From assembly GCA_964432675.1 (NCBI GenBank), contig CAYSOG010000001.1:4523-68522 (forward strand): a stretch of DNA of 64,000 nucleotides, written 5' to 3'. Origin of the DNA: an uncultured Gammaproteobacteria bacterium (GTDB taxonomy: Bacteria; Patescibacteriota; Microgenomatia; CAYSOG01). Below are positions 27,945 through 36,913 of the stretch, piece after piece. Below the pieces are notes generated by a model. It saw only the letters and a program-made list of their open reading frames with translations, searched no databases and was not told where the DNA came from. A program made the position numbers and the translations under genes. Within the stretch, counting starts at the first letter, position 1. The number at the start of each line of letters is the position of its first letter.

Positions 27945-28361
27945 ATGGATAAAAAAGCAATTACTATTGAAGCTTTGATAAATGCGCCGATTGAAAAAGT
28001 ATGGGAATATTGGAATGAGCCTGATCATATTACGAAATGGGCTTTTGCTGCTGATGACTGGGAAGCGACAAAGGCAGAAAATGATTTACGAGTTGGCGGA
28101 AAGTTTAAAACGGAGATGGCGGCAAAAGACAAAAGTGCAGGTTTTGATTTTGCAGGCACATACAGTATTGTGAAGGAACACGAGCTTATCGAATATGACC
28201 TTGATGATGGCCGGCATGTAAAGGAAGAATTTACCAAAGAACCGGATGGTGTAAAGGTAGTTATAATCTTTGAGCCGGAAAATGAAAACTCAGAAGAAAT
28301 GCAAAAAAGTGGTTGGCAGGCAATTCTCAATAACTTCAAGAAATACACCGAAAGTAATTAA
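27945..28361 (+). CDS. SRPBCC/AHSA1 family protein
   Basis: APIEKVWEYW..PDHITKW, DLRVGGKF, QKSGWQAILNNFK. Confidence 0.92.
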   Translation: MDKKAITIEALINAPIEKVWEYWNEPDHITKWAFAADDWEATKAENDLRVGGKFKTEMAAKDKSAGFDFAGTYSIVKEHELIEYDLDDGRHVKEEFTKEPDGVKVVIIFEPENENSEEMQKSGWQAILNNFKKYTESN

Positions 28362-28433
28362 CTGCATACTATCTCCCATTACAAACTAATTTATCTATTG
28401 CATTACTCCTTTTTTCTATGGTACAAATAGCTC

Positions 28434-29780
28434 ATGCATTATCGGACACTAGTAATTGCCGCTGCAATGCCACTTTTGTTAACAGCATGTACGTTACCGT
28501 GGCAAGCAGGCCAAAATGGTAAGGCTACAATTTCAGGCATATTTGATTTGAACGGCACAATTCCGCAGGGTGCGACAATTGCTATTGGTTCGCGGGCGGC
28601 AGGCGCAACAGGTAACTTTACGACCGTTGTTTCTGGCCTGCCGACACAAGATAATGGCGCTTGGTCAATTAACGCAGTTAGTGGTAAATCATACGAACTC
28701 CAAGCAACAATGACTCAAAATGGCCAGTCGGTTGCAACTTCCGATCCAATCGACGTGACCGCACCGGCGACGAATGAAGTATTACGTCTTAATATTACAA
28801 ACGGCACACAAACCGCTAATGCGACTATTTCAGGGAAAGTCGTTGTTAATGGTTATATCCCAAGCGGCGCGACACTAACAATAGAAGGTAAAAAGACGGG
28901 AAGTGTTGATTATGCAGTAGTTTCTTCAAACCTCCCGGCCCAAAAGAGTACTACCTTAAGCTATACTACTGCAACTGCTGGACAAGAATACGATGTCCGT
29001 GCAACCTTATATACAAATAGTGGCCAAGCGATTGGAGTCTCGAGCGTACTCATTGTTAGTGCTCCGGCTGCCAACGAAATGCTGACGGTAAATTCAACAG
29101 CCGTACCACCGACGCCTTCACCGACAACTGCACCAGCTTCTGCGAAACCAACCCCCACGCCGTCATCTGCAATTTCCGGCAACATCCAATTCAATGGTGC
29201 TGCACCTGGCAATAGCTCGGTTGTTGTCCTTGCCAGAGTGAATGGGTCAGGTAATACTTACCAATCTGTGGCAAGCGGTATCAATCCGGTGAATGGGTCA
29301 ACCTGGAACTGGCCAAATGCGACAACCGGAACGCTATATGATATGGTAGCAGTGCTTAAACAAAAAAATCAGAATAATACCTATTCTGACGTTGCTTCTT
29401 CGCAGACCCTTACGGTTGCGGCACCAGCATCGAATATTAGTTTTGTTATCAATTCTGGTTACTCGCTTTCAGCGCCTACGGGCAGCATCAATATAAGTTG
29501 TTCAAACCATGACAATAATGCTAATACCTGGAATGCAAATGTAACATTCGGTTCAGTCCAGACCGCGCAATCATACTGGTTCCAACTTGGTACAACCAAC
29601 GGCGGTACTGATACCTATAATAATATGCAAAATGGACAAAATAATATGACACAATCCATTTCACTCACGATTAAAGATAGTGTTATCTACTATGCCCGTT
29701 ACGCGTATGCCAATACCCAAACCAATAACTGGGCAGCCTATTCCCCGTTCTCTTCTGTAACCCAAGTAAAATGTCCTTAA
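28434..29780 (+). CDS. Putative lipoprotein with three tandem beta-sandwich repeats and an FN3-like C-terminus
   Basis: Lipobox LLLTAC; repeats begin ATISG/ATISG/SAISG..NG..P and end V.APA.N. Confidence 0.75.
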   Translation: MHYRTLVIAAAMPLLLTACTLPWQAGQNGKATISGIFDLNGTIPQGATIAIGSRAAGATGNFTTVVSGLPTQDNGAWSINAVSGKSYELQATMTQNGQSVATSDPIDVTAPATNEVLRLNITNGTQTANATISGKVVVNGYIPSGATLTIEGKKTGSVDYAVVSSNLPAQKSTTLSYTTATAGQEYDVRATLYTNSGQAIGVSSVLIVSAPAANEMLTVNSTAVPPTPSPTTAPASAKPTPTPSSAISGNIQFNGAAPGNSSVVVLARVNGSGNTYQSVASGINPVNGSTWNWPNATTGTLYDMVAVLKQKNQNNTYSDVASSQTLTVAAPASNISFVINSGYSLSAPTGSINISCSNHDNNANTWNANVTFGSVQTAQSYWFQLGTTNGGTDTYNNMQNGQNNMTQSISLTIKDSVIYYARYAYANTQTNNWAAYSPFSSVTQVKCP

Positions 29781-29811
29781 ATCGCTAAGATTGTCTGTTA
29801 TAATTTTATTG

Positions 29812-30213
29812 ATGGCTGAAGAACAAACTCCTTCCTTTTTTGGCGATGAAACTGGGCTGGAAATCGAAAAAAGTTTGGCTAAAGTTGCGGCAGAACTTGG
29901 ATTTATACAAACAGATAGTCTTAAATTATTAGAAAAGAGATTGTCAGACAATAAAGTAGATGATGAATTGTCAGATTTAATTTCTGCTTGGCAGCTTGAG
30001 GCCCGGAAGATTGTTACAGAACAAACTAATCCGACAGATCCAAAACCTCAAGTAGGTTTATTGGTTGCCTCGATACAAGTTTTTCTTCGCTGTGGCCGTT
30101 TAGATGACGCTCGGTTTGAGTTAGATGATGCTATAACGTATGCAAACGGCATAGGTGATATTGCTACTGTGAACCAATTAGCAGAGATACTTATGCAACT
30201 AGATAAGAGATAG
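29812..30213 (+). CDS. Hypothetical helical protein
   Basis: TATAAT 7 nt before ATG 29812. Confidence 0.65.
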   Translation: MAEEQTPSFFGDETGLEIEKSLAKVAAELGFIQTDSLKLLEKRLSDNKVDDELSDLISAWQLEARKIVTEQTNPTDPKPQVGLLVASIQVFLRCGRLDDARFELDDAITYANGIGDIATVNQLAEILMQLDKR

Positions 30214-30270
30214 CTTTATAAGGTCTTGTACTTACGAATATATTAACAATCCGTTTGGTAAACTCTGGCT

Positions 30271-30534
30271 ATGGCTAAAACATGCACACATCTTGACCAA
30301 ATAAAAGACGTTAAACCAAAAACGCCGGAAGGCTGTGAGGAATGTTTGCAGATGGGCGATGAATGGTTTCACTTACGGCTTTGTTTAACATGCGGTCATG
30401 TCGGTTGCTGTGACCAATCTAAAAATAAGCACGCAACGAAGCATTTTCATAAAACAAAACACCCGATTATTCAGTCATTCCAGCCTGACGAGGATTGGCG
30501 ATATTGCTATATTGATGATTTGACATGGGAATAA
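30271..30534 (+). CDS. UBP-type zinc finger protein
   Basis: CTH...GCEECL...WFHLRLCLTCGHVGCCDQS.NKHATKH...WRYCY. Confidence 0.95.
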   Translation: MAKTCTHLDQIKDVKPKTPEGCEECLQMGDEWFHLRLCLTCGHVGCCDQSKNKHATKHFHKTKHPIIQSFQPDEDWRYCYIDDLTWE

Positions 30535-30573
30535 TGGAAGCTTATGGTCTGTTGATAGTCTTTGCTAAGGAAT

Positions 30574-30602
30574 AAAAAAAGCCCCAACGATATCGTTGGG
30601 GC
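30574..30602 (-). terminator. Intrinsic terminator of the deacetylase gene
   Basis: GCCCCAACGA/TCGTTGGGGC stem with A7 on the left. Confidence 0.8.
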
Positions 30603-30619
30603 GTAATGTTGATCACGAT

Positions 30620-31246
30620 TTAGCCAAGGACGCCGAAGGTATAGCCTTGGGCAAGCAAACCTGGGACGACAGATTCTAAAGCTGCGACCGTATTTGGTCC
30701 TTGCGTATGCATTGTTACAACACCAGGTCGAATGCGGGCTGCAATGTAGGCGGCAGAAGAGCCAGCCCAGTCGTTGGTATCCCAGTTCGTTTGAATAGAA
30801 GTAAAGCCGACTTGGCCTGCTGCGGCACGCACCGTTGCATTATCAGCAAAAAATGGCGCATGTAGTAATGGGGCAGTGCTGACGCCGATTTTTCGAAGAG
30901 CAACTTTTTCACATTGCACGATTTCATCCTGAATGCCGTCGTATGAAAGTGTTCGCAAGTTCTTATGATCCCAGGTATGATTTGCCAAACGGTGGCCTGA
31001 ATTGACAGCGAACTGCACTTCATTGGTATGCCAATCAATCATTTGTCCGGTTATAAAAAATGTTCCCAATACGCCTAAAGCATTTAGGGCCATAGCTTTT
31101 GCTTGCGTACCAACGGCACCATCGTCGAATGTCAGGTAGATAACACTGTCTGCCGCATTGGCTTCTTTGCGGACTTGTGGCATTAATAAAGTAATGCCAA
31201 GTGCTCCTAATCCGGAAATAAATCCGCGTCGTCCGACTTTAAGCAA
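30620..31246 (-). CDS. Polysaccharide deacetylase (CE4) with a twin-arginine-like signal
   Basis: GRRGFI...ANA signal; YLTFDDG, NHTWDH, DTNDW, MH motifs. Confidence 0.88.
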   Translation of the reverse strand: MLKVGRRGFISGLGALGITLLMPQVRKEANAADSVIYLTFDDGAVGTQAKAMALNALGVLGTFFITGQMIDWHTNEVQFAVNSGHRLANHTWDHKNLRTLSYDGIQDEIVQCEKVALRKIGVSTAPLLHAPFFADNATVRAAAGQVGFTSIQTNWDTNDWAGSSAAYIAARIRPGVVTMHTQGPNTVAALESVVPGLLAQGYTFGVLG

Positions 31247-31357
31247 TTCCCTTGCATGTCCTTTCCAAGGTGTTAATGTGCAACATAGGTTGCCTCGATT
31301 GCGTAATTATAGCTTAAATAAAGCATAAATCATATCTTTTCCGGTTAACAGGCCAAG

Positions 31358-31389
31358 AAAAAAGGCGCCGCAGGTTTCCCCTTGGCGCC
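31358..31389 (-). terminator. Terminator after the GT2 gene
   Basis: GGCGCC...GGCGCC stem then T-run on the minus strand. Confidence 0.65.
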
Positions 31390-31440
31390 GAACTTACATT
31401 GCGTTCGGAAGTGATACATAAGAACATATCCTTCCGAAGT

Positions 31441-32904
31441 TTATCCTTCAGTGGGTATCGAATACACACTTCCCAACAGCTTATGCGCTGCCATACCTTC
31501 AGCCTCGGAAAGCTTATGAGAAGTTTTATCCCAATAATAGGGGTCGCCCCATAATATTTCCCGTGCCGCCTTAACACTTGCCCGAAAGCCAACTGTCCAT
31601 AGGTGGAACGGGTAAGTAAATGACCACAGAAAAAGCGAATATTGCTGCGTCCGTCGAATACCATACCAGGTATGATATATATTAAGCAGGTTGCTGATCA
31701 TTGCCAACATGCCCATGTATTCGATCGGCTGCGGAATAATCTGCTGGATAAGACCCAGCCTCGTGCAAACCCAAATACAGGTCAAAGACCAGTAAAATGG
31801 TGCAAAGATGCTAAAGGGCAATGCACCGCCGACAACCGCCGCAAGTGCAATACTGCCAAGCGGGCCGACTTCGCGCAAGAGACGAAACGGGTTTCGGGTA
31901 TGGACGATAAACGTCATCGCGAAGCCTTTTCGCCACCTAGATGTTTGGTTGACTTGCGATTTAAACGTTGACGTCGCCTGCTCTAATGTCGTTGAGTCGA
32001 CCATAACGGTTTTGTAGCCCAAACGGGCAATCCGTATGCCTAAATCGGCGTCTTCGGTAACGTTAAACTGGTCCCAACCACCCGCTTCTGTGAGTGCATC
32101 CATCCGAAGATAGTTAGTTGTACCACCAAGCGGAACGGGCAATTTAGCTCCGGCTAAACCACGGAGGCGCACGGTAAATGCCGTGGCGTAGTGGATCGCG
32201 AACATCCGGGTAAACCAATTGAGCTTGCTATTATATTGGGCCAGTGTTCCTTGAAAACAGCCGGTAGTGGCATACTTCGGGTCTTGCCACAATGTTGCGA
32301 CCGCCCGCAGGCCTTGTGGATCAGGGATGCCCTCTGCATCGAAGATGACAAGCATCTGGCAATGTGCCAAAAGTGCCTGCCGATGCTCACGCATAAACTC
32401 CAATGCCCGCGGTTTTCCCTTCGGCCCATATGCATGAGAGGGAACAGTAATTACCTCAAACCCTTGCGGCAGCTCTTGCTGCCCAAGTGCTTGCTGTGTT
32501 ACGTCATCTCCCTCATCAATAACCAGCAGTACATGCCGTTTGTCTTTTGGATAATCGATCCGATCAAGCCCCTTTAATAGGGGAACAATAACATCACTGC
32601 CTTCCTTATGCAGTGCCGAAACGATTGCCGCATGTGGGCAATTTTCATCGGAAAGTAATACCGCGGGTTTTTGAGCCATCGCTTCTTCCCGAAAACTCAT
32701 AACCCAGAGGTACGAATTAAATAGCTCTGCCAAAAACGACAAAGCAATTGGCGTACTGACAATAACGGTAATGGTAAACAGGAGATTAACCTTGGCACAA
32801 CCAATAATCAGTGCAATCAAGACAACGGGCACGATTTTTTGCCAAGTCGCTGCCCCTTGCTCAGCACTGATTTGCTGAATACTTTCCGGGCTTGCACGCG
32901 TCAC
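31441..32904 (-). CDS. Processive GT2 glycosyltransferase (cellulose-synthase-like)
   Basis: KPRAL, FDAE, PLGGT, WDQFNVTEDADLG, QTSRW (QxxRW), YYWDKTSH; flanking TMs. Confidence 0.92.
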   Translation of the reverse strand: MTRASPESIQQISAEQGAATWQKIVPVVLIALIIGCAKVNLLFTITVIVSTPIALSFLAELFNSYLWVMSFREEAMAQKPAVLLSDENCPHAAIVSALHKEGSDVIVPLLKGLDRIDYPKDKRHVLLVIDEGDDVTQQALGQQELPQGFEVITVPSHAYGPKGKPRALEFMREHRQALLAHCQMLVIFDAEGIPDPQGLRAVATLWQDPKYATTGCFQGTLAQYNSKLNWFTRMFAIHYATAFTVRLRGLAGAKLPVPLGGTTNYLRMDALTEAGGWDQFNVTEDADLGIRIARLGYKTVMVDSTTLEQATSTFKSQVNQTSRWRKGFAMTFIVHTRNPFRLLREVGPLGSIALAAVVGGALPFSIFAPFYWSLTCIWVCTRLGLIQQIIPQPIEYMGMLAMISNLLNIYHTWYGIRRTQQYSLFLWSFTYPFHLWTVGFRASVKAAREILWGDPYYWDKTSHKLSEAEGMAAHKLLGSVYSIPTEG

Positions 32905-34846
32905 TTTTCACCTCTTGCTTAGGTACTTTATCAACCACCTCATAGATACGGCCGAATTTATTCTCAAAAACAATTGTAAAATTCGTATACCGCTCGGGAT
33001 GGTTTTGCATTTCCAAAGCGATATTGTCGTTTTGATGCGTCAGAATCCACTCAACATACGTATCAGGACTATTGAGCACTTTTCCAACCCAGGGCAAAAG
33101 CTCTGAGCGATATTGCCCAAGTGGAATTTGGGCAGCATACTGAACACCCTTAGTGGTACCGAAGGCTTCAAGCAAGATTGCGCCGCCGTCGTAGTGGTCA
33201 TGTAGCCAACTCGCGATTTCTGTACTGCCGGGATCTTCTTGAGCTGATGCATCCATAAGAACCGCGGTGTTGTGGTAAAGATCGCGCCAATCCTTGGCTT
33301 GTAGACTAACAGCTCCAACCATAATCACTAGGCCGACAAGCGTACCTAGCGCTTGCAAACGTATGCGACTTGCATAATGGATGAGTAAGCCTATGCCAAT
33401 GGCCACAAGCGGCAATGCAATAGTGCCATACCGAATATTGACTGATAAAAGCGTTCCCCGCACGATCTTGATTGCGTTGTTGCCCGTATAAAGTGAAACG
33501 ATGAAGTATACGGGAATAAGCATAAGGTACACGGGTGCCAAGTAACGTACTTTGCCTATAACAAGTAGAAGGCAGTATATCGCAAGTCCGGCAATGGCGA
33601 ATGCCAAAAGCGGATCTTGAAAATTCCACCGCACTGCAGCAACGTAATTAGTGATCGTAAAGTGGAGATTATGCACAGCGTCTTGATGGGTTACTTGAAC
33701 TGCGCTTCGGCCAATGACATCAATTGCCCTGGCAGAATAAGGTCCAGTTGCAAAAAACAATGCCGAACCAATAATAACTTGCTCCCAAACGAACCAACCG
33801 CCAATGGCTGAGAACGGAAAGAACGCTAGTATAGCGATATCAGTCAACCACTGTCCACGCAGCCAATCTCTGACAATGCCAGATGTGTTGCGGAAGACTA
33901 AAGGGTTATTGATGCGGTGGATACGACAACTTTTGACAAAGTTAGTAATCACTGCTCGAACAACGAAGATGCCGAAAAATCCAACGAACAAAAACCACGT
34001 TTCATAACGCATAACACAGGCAAGCGCCAGTGCTATTGAGGCCTTGGCCATATTCCCTTCTGTGGGATGCTTTTCGTAGATGATGATGCACAAGCAAGCC
34101 AGCGCTATTGAGCCGATAATACACGACTCCGTCATGGCAGAAACTGAGAAGTACCCCATATTGGGGTTTAGGAACAGCAGTGCAGCACTGCCAAAACTGG
34201 CTATCCTGTTACCGGTTAATTCTTCAACGATGCGGTATGTTGACCGCACGGCAATGATATAGAACAATGCCGACCAAAAGATTGCCGACCAACCCGAGGT
34301 ATAGAGTGGCGTTATCCAGACGGTCAATGCCGTTAAAAACGTATGACCTGGCAGCCACACCGAACCCCAGTCGGCAAGGTTAAATTTGCCTTCAGGATTG
34401 TCCCACATCGAACGTGCATTAATGATCTTTGCGATGGCATCGCCGTATATAGGTGCATTATGGTGCACAACGTGGAAGATAATGTACGACACGACCATAA
34501 ACGCAAAGGCTGCGATAGTGACCGTGTGGCAAGAGAATGTTACCCGGCCGAGGAATTTTATTCCACTAACAGCTGCAGTAATAGACTGTTGCAACCACTT
34601 TGTCAGCGAGCCAATAATAGTCTTGCCATCAGAAGAGATTGTGTTTGTTGCGTAACCGTATTGCGCGTTTGCGCCTTGTTGTCTTATCACGAGCTCCTGT
34701 ACCTTGTTATCATTTCCAGGCTGTGGCGCCACCGTTATTGGCCCAGATAGGGCATAGGTTGGTGGGACAGACCTTGAAAATATCAATTTGATATATTCCA
34801 CCAAGGCGTATGTTAAAACGGCCCACACAAGGGTGCGTCTCATCAC
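32861..34846 (-). CDS. Polytopic GT-C-fold glycosyltransferase-like membrane protein
   Basis: YGDA.A....AR, GSVWLP, NPNM.Y...AMTE, RYETW, many TMs. Confidence 0.75.
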   Translation of the reverse strand: MMRRTLVWAVLTYALVEYIKLIFSRSVPPTYALSGPITVAPQPGNDNKVQELVIRQQGANAQYGYATNTISSDGKTIIGSLTKWLQQSITAAVSGIKFLGRVTFSCHTVTIAAFAFMVVSYIIFHVVHHNAPIYGDAIAKIINARSMWDNPEGKFNLADWGSVWLPGHTFLTALTVWITPLYTSGWSAIFWSALFYIIAVRSTYRIVEELTGNRIASFGSAALLFLNPNMGYFSVSAMTESCIIGSIALACLCIIIYEKHPTEGNMAKASIALALACVMRYETWFLFVGFFGIFVVRAVITNFVKSCRIHRINNPLVFRNTSGIVRDWLRGQWLTDIAILAFFPFSAIGGWFVWEQVIIGSALFFATGPYSARAIDVIGRSAVQVTHQDAVHNLHFTITNYVAAVRWNFQDPLLAFAIAGLAIYCLLLVIGKVRYLAPVYLMLIPVYFIVSLYTGNNAIKIVRGTLLSVNIRYGTIALPLVAIGIGLLIHYASRIRLQALGTLVGLVIMVGAVSLQAKDWRDLYHNTAVLMDASAQEDPGSTEIASWLHDHYDGGAILLEAFGTTKGVQYAAQIPLGQYRSELLPWVGKVLNSPDTYVEWILTHQNDNIALEMQNHPERYTNFTIVFENKFGRIYEVVDKVPKQEVKSDACKPGKYSANQC

Positions 34847-34853
34847 TTTCCCT

Positions 34854-35708
34854 TCATGCGAATTTCAAAAGCACGGTAGTTGATACAACGAAGCATAAGA
34901 CAAGAATGCCTTGTATCGGGTCGGTTAGGATGTGTATACCAGGATGGATATCCTCAACAGCGGCGGCCATTTTTGCGCGCAACCGCTTAATAGCAACAAA
35001 GCTTAGGACCAAAAGAATAAGGTAAAGCGGTGACAAGTAAATTGCCGTTGCAATATAGACGACGCAAATACCTGCAACAACTGCATCAGTCAAAAGACGG
35101 GTAGTCTTTGGTGTGTAGAACGCCATTGTTTTTCGGGTATTGATTGATCCACCGTGCCGTTGTTCGGCTCGGCGCTTTTCAAGCTCAATGCCTGTACAAA
35201 GCAAGAAAGCCAGAGCGGTCCAACTCCACCAAACGGCAGGGTGAACCTGGGCTGCGGTAAAACTAGCCAAAACGCGAATGCCAAACATTGCACCAACGAT
35301 AACGACGTCACCAATCGGCACATGCTTAACATACAATGTATAGGTAATGTTTGCGCCAAGATAGACCAGAAGCCATCCTAGCGTTGGTAATCCTAACCTG
35401 CTTGCTAGGGCAAGACTGCCACTAACAAGCAACACACTTGCTGCAACAGCAAGCTGGATTGGGATTTTACCCGAAGCAATGGGCCGAAATTGTTTTGTCG
35501 GATGTTGTCGGTCGCGATCGCGGTCAAGAATGTCGTTAAAAACATAAACCGCGCTTGCAGCGAGGCAGTAGGCCAAAAAAAGAGTGATCAGTTTTGGACC
35601 TTTTTCTGCGATGCCGCCTTGTGTCACGAGAAATGGGAGTGCGGTAAGGCAAAAGACGTTTTTTGTCCACTGCCACACGCGAAGTTGCTTAATCCATACA
35701 CGAACCAT
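34854..35708 (-). CDS. UbiA prenyltransferase (decaprenyl-phosphate phosphoribosyltransferase-like)
   Basis: LRVWQWTKN, YVFNDILDRDRDRQHPTK..RPIASG, KRRAE. Confidence 0.9.
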   Translation of the reverse strand: MVRVWIKQLRVWQWTKNVFCLTALPFLVTQGGIAEKGPKLITLFLAYCLAASAVYVFNDILDRDRDRQHPTKQFRPIASGKIPIQLAVAASVLLVSGSLALASRLGLPTLGWLLVYLGANITYTLYVKHVPIGDVVIVGAMFGIRVLASFTAAQVHPAVWWSWTALAFLLCTGIELEKRRAEQRHGGSINTRKTMAFYTPKTTRLLTDAVVAGICVVYIATAIYLSPLYLILLVLSFVAIKRLRAKMAAAVEDIHPGIHILTDPIQGILVLCFVVSTTVLLKFA

Positions 35709-35783
35709 TTTCAGCAGCTTCTTCCTTTTGGGATATCTTGTGTTGTACTTTTTAGGCCTTAGGAACTACGAACTACTGCGTTT

Positions 35784-36353
35784 TTAAAGAGATGGTTGTT
35801 CCATTATGAGTTTAGGATGGGACAATATTTTGGCCGTAAAACCAAAGGACAGTTTGTCTGCGCCAATGTAATTGAGAACAGTACAAATAGCTTCCATTAA
35901 AAACCATGCCAACAGAATTGGCATATGTAGTGCATGTTCCAGTCCACCAACACCCATAATCTTAAGTGGCACCGATGGTGTCGTCAGATTAAAGGCGATG
36001 AATAATGGCAGAAATGCCATAAGCTTTTGCCGGCTGGTATGGTGGGCAAACCTATCTTGCCAAGTAAAGCGCCAATTAAGGCAAAAATTACATAGCAGTG
36101 ATAGTTCAACCGCAATAGCAATTGCGGTAAACGTTTCAACCCCCCGACTTTTCAAGAATGTAAGTAGGGTAAACTGAATAACCGTACTGGCACCACCGAT
36201 AGGTAAAAAACTTGATAGACGCAAAACAAGCCCAGGCTTTTTTTGATAAAGCCAGTATTGGCCTGCAAGGACGGCTGATGCAAGGAACGCTAAGGGGGTA
36301 TTAGTCAGCGGTAAAATTATTCTTGTCGTGAGATTGGATGGGATGTTGTACAC
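35784..36353 (-). CDS. GtrA family flippase-like protein
   Basis: F..IGG..T, AVELSLLCNFCLNWRFTWQDR; GTG start with AGGAG. Confidence 0.8.
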   Translation of the reverse strand: MYNIPSNLTTRIILPLTNTPLAFLASAVLAGQYWLYQKKPGLVLRLSSFLPIGGASTVIQFTLLTFLKSRGVETFTAIAIAVELSLLCNFCLNWRFTWQDRFAHHTSRQKLMAFLPLFIAFNLTTPSVPLKIMGVGGLEHALHMPILLAWFLMEAICTVLNYIGADKLSFGFTAKILSHPKLIMEQPSL

Positions 36354-36755
36354 TTTTTTCTCCTGTAGTTTTCAATTGTGTATTCGATTGTTAAGGTACT
36401 GTTTCCCACTAGAAACTGCTCTATGCCGTATTTATGCTTCTTACGTCCAGAATTTGGACTATAGGGGCAAGTTCAGGCAATAGAGCAGCCAATAGTAATT
36501 GGACGGAACAAAAATGCTTTCGTCCGATATCAATAGGATACTATGAGATTATATCAATGGGGTGGTAATATTTCAACCTTTTTAATTTTTTTGCTTGATA
36601 TAGTTATAAAAAATATGACTATTATGGTGACCGATATGAAGCGTAGAATATTACTATATCACAATATATCATAATATAACTATTAACACACGAAGGCCGG
36701 TTATGGCATCTATATCTACCTGTAAAACCGTGAAGCTTATATCAAAGTAAGTAAT

Positions 36756-36785
36756 AAAAAAGGGACTACTTGTTAAGTAGTCCCT
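36756..36785 (-). terminator. Terminator after the GH113-like gene
   Basis: AGGGACTACTT/AAGTAGTCCCT stem with an A-run on the left. Confidence 0.8.
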
Positions 36786-36913
36786 AAGAATTGCTAGAAT
36801 TGGGATAGTCTAGCATGAGTATGCTATAGCGTCAGTTACCTTGCGAGTGCCTGTTGATTTTGGATAAATTCCAGTATATTAAGGTACCTCACCTATTACG
36901 ATCAAGGTTAACA

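Noticed and set aside
26530-30540. Prophage or autonomous integrative element at tRNA-Gln
   Set aside because: No integrase, transposase or phage gene and no clear duplication of the tRNA 3' end in the window.
36838-36895. 18-codon ORF and boxA-like GTACCTTAATAT after the GH113-like gene
   Set aside because: No convincing SD, and only a terminator follows, so it does not fit the leader pattern.
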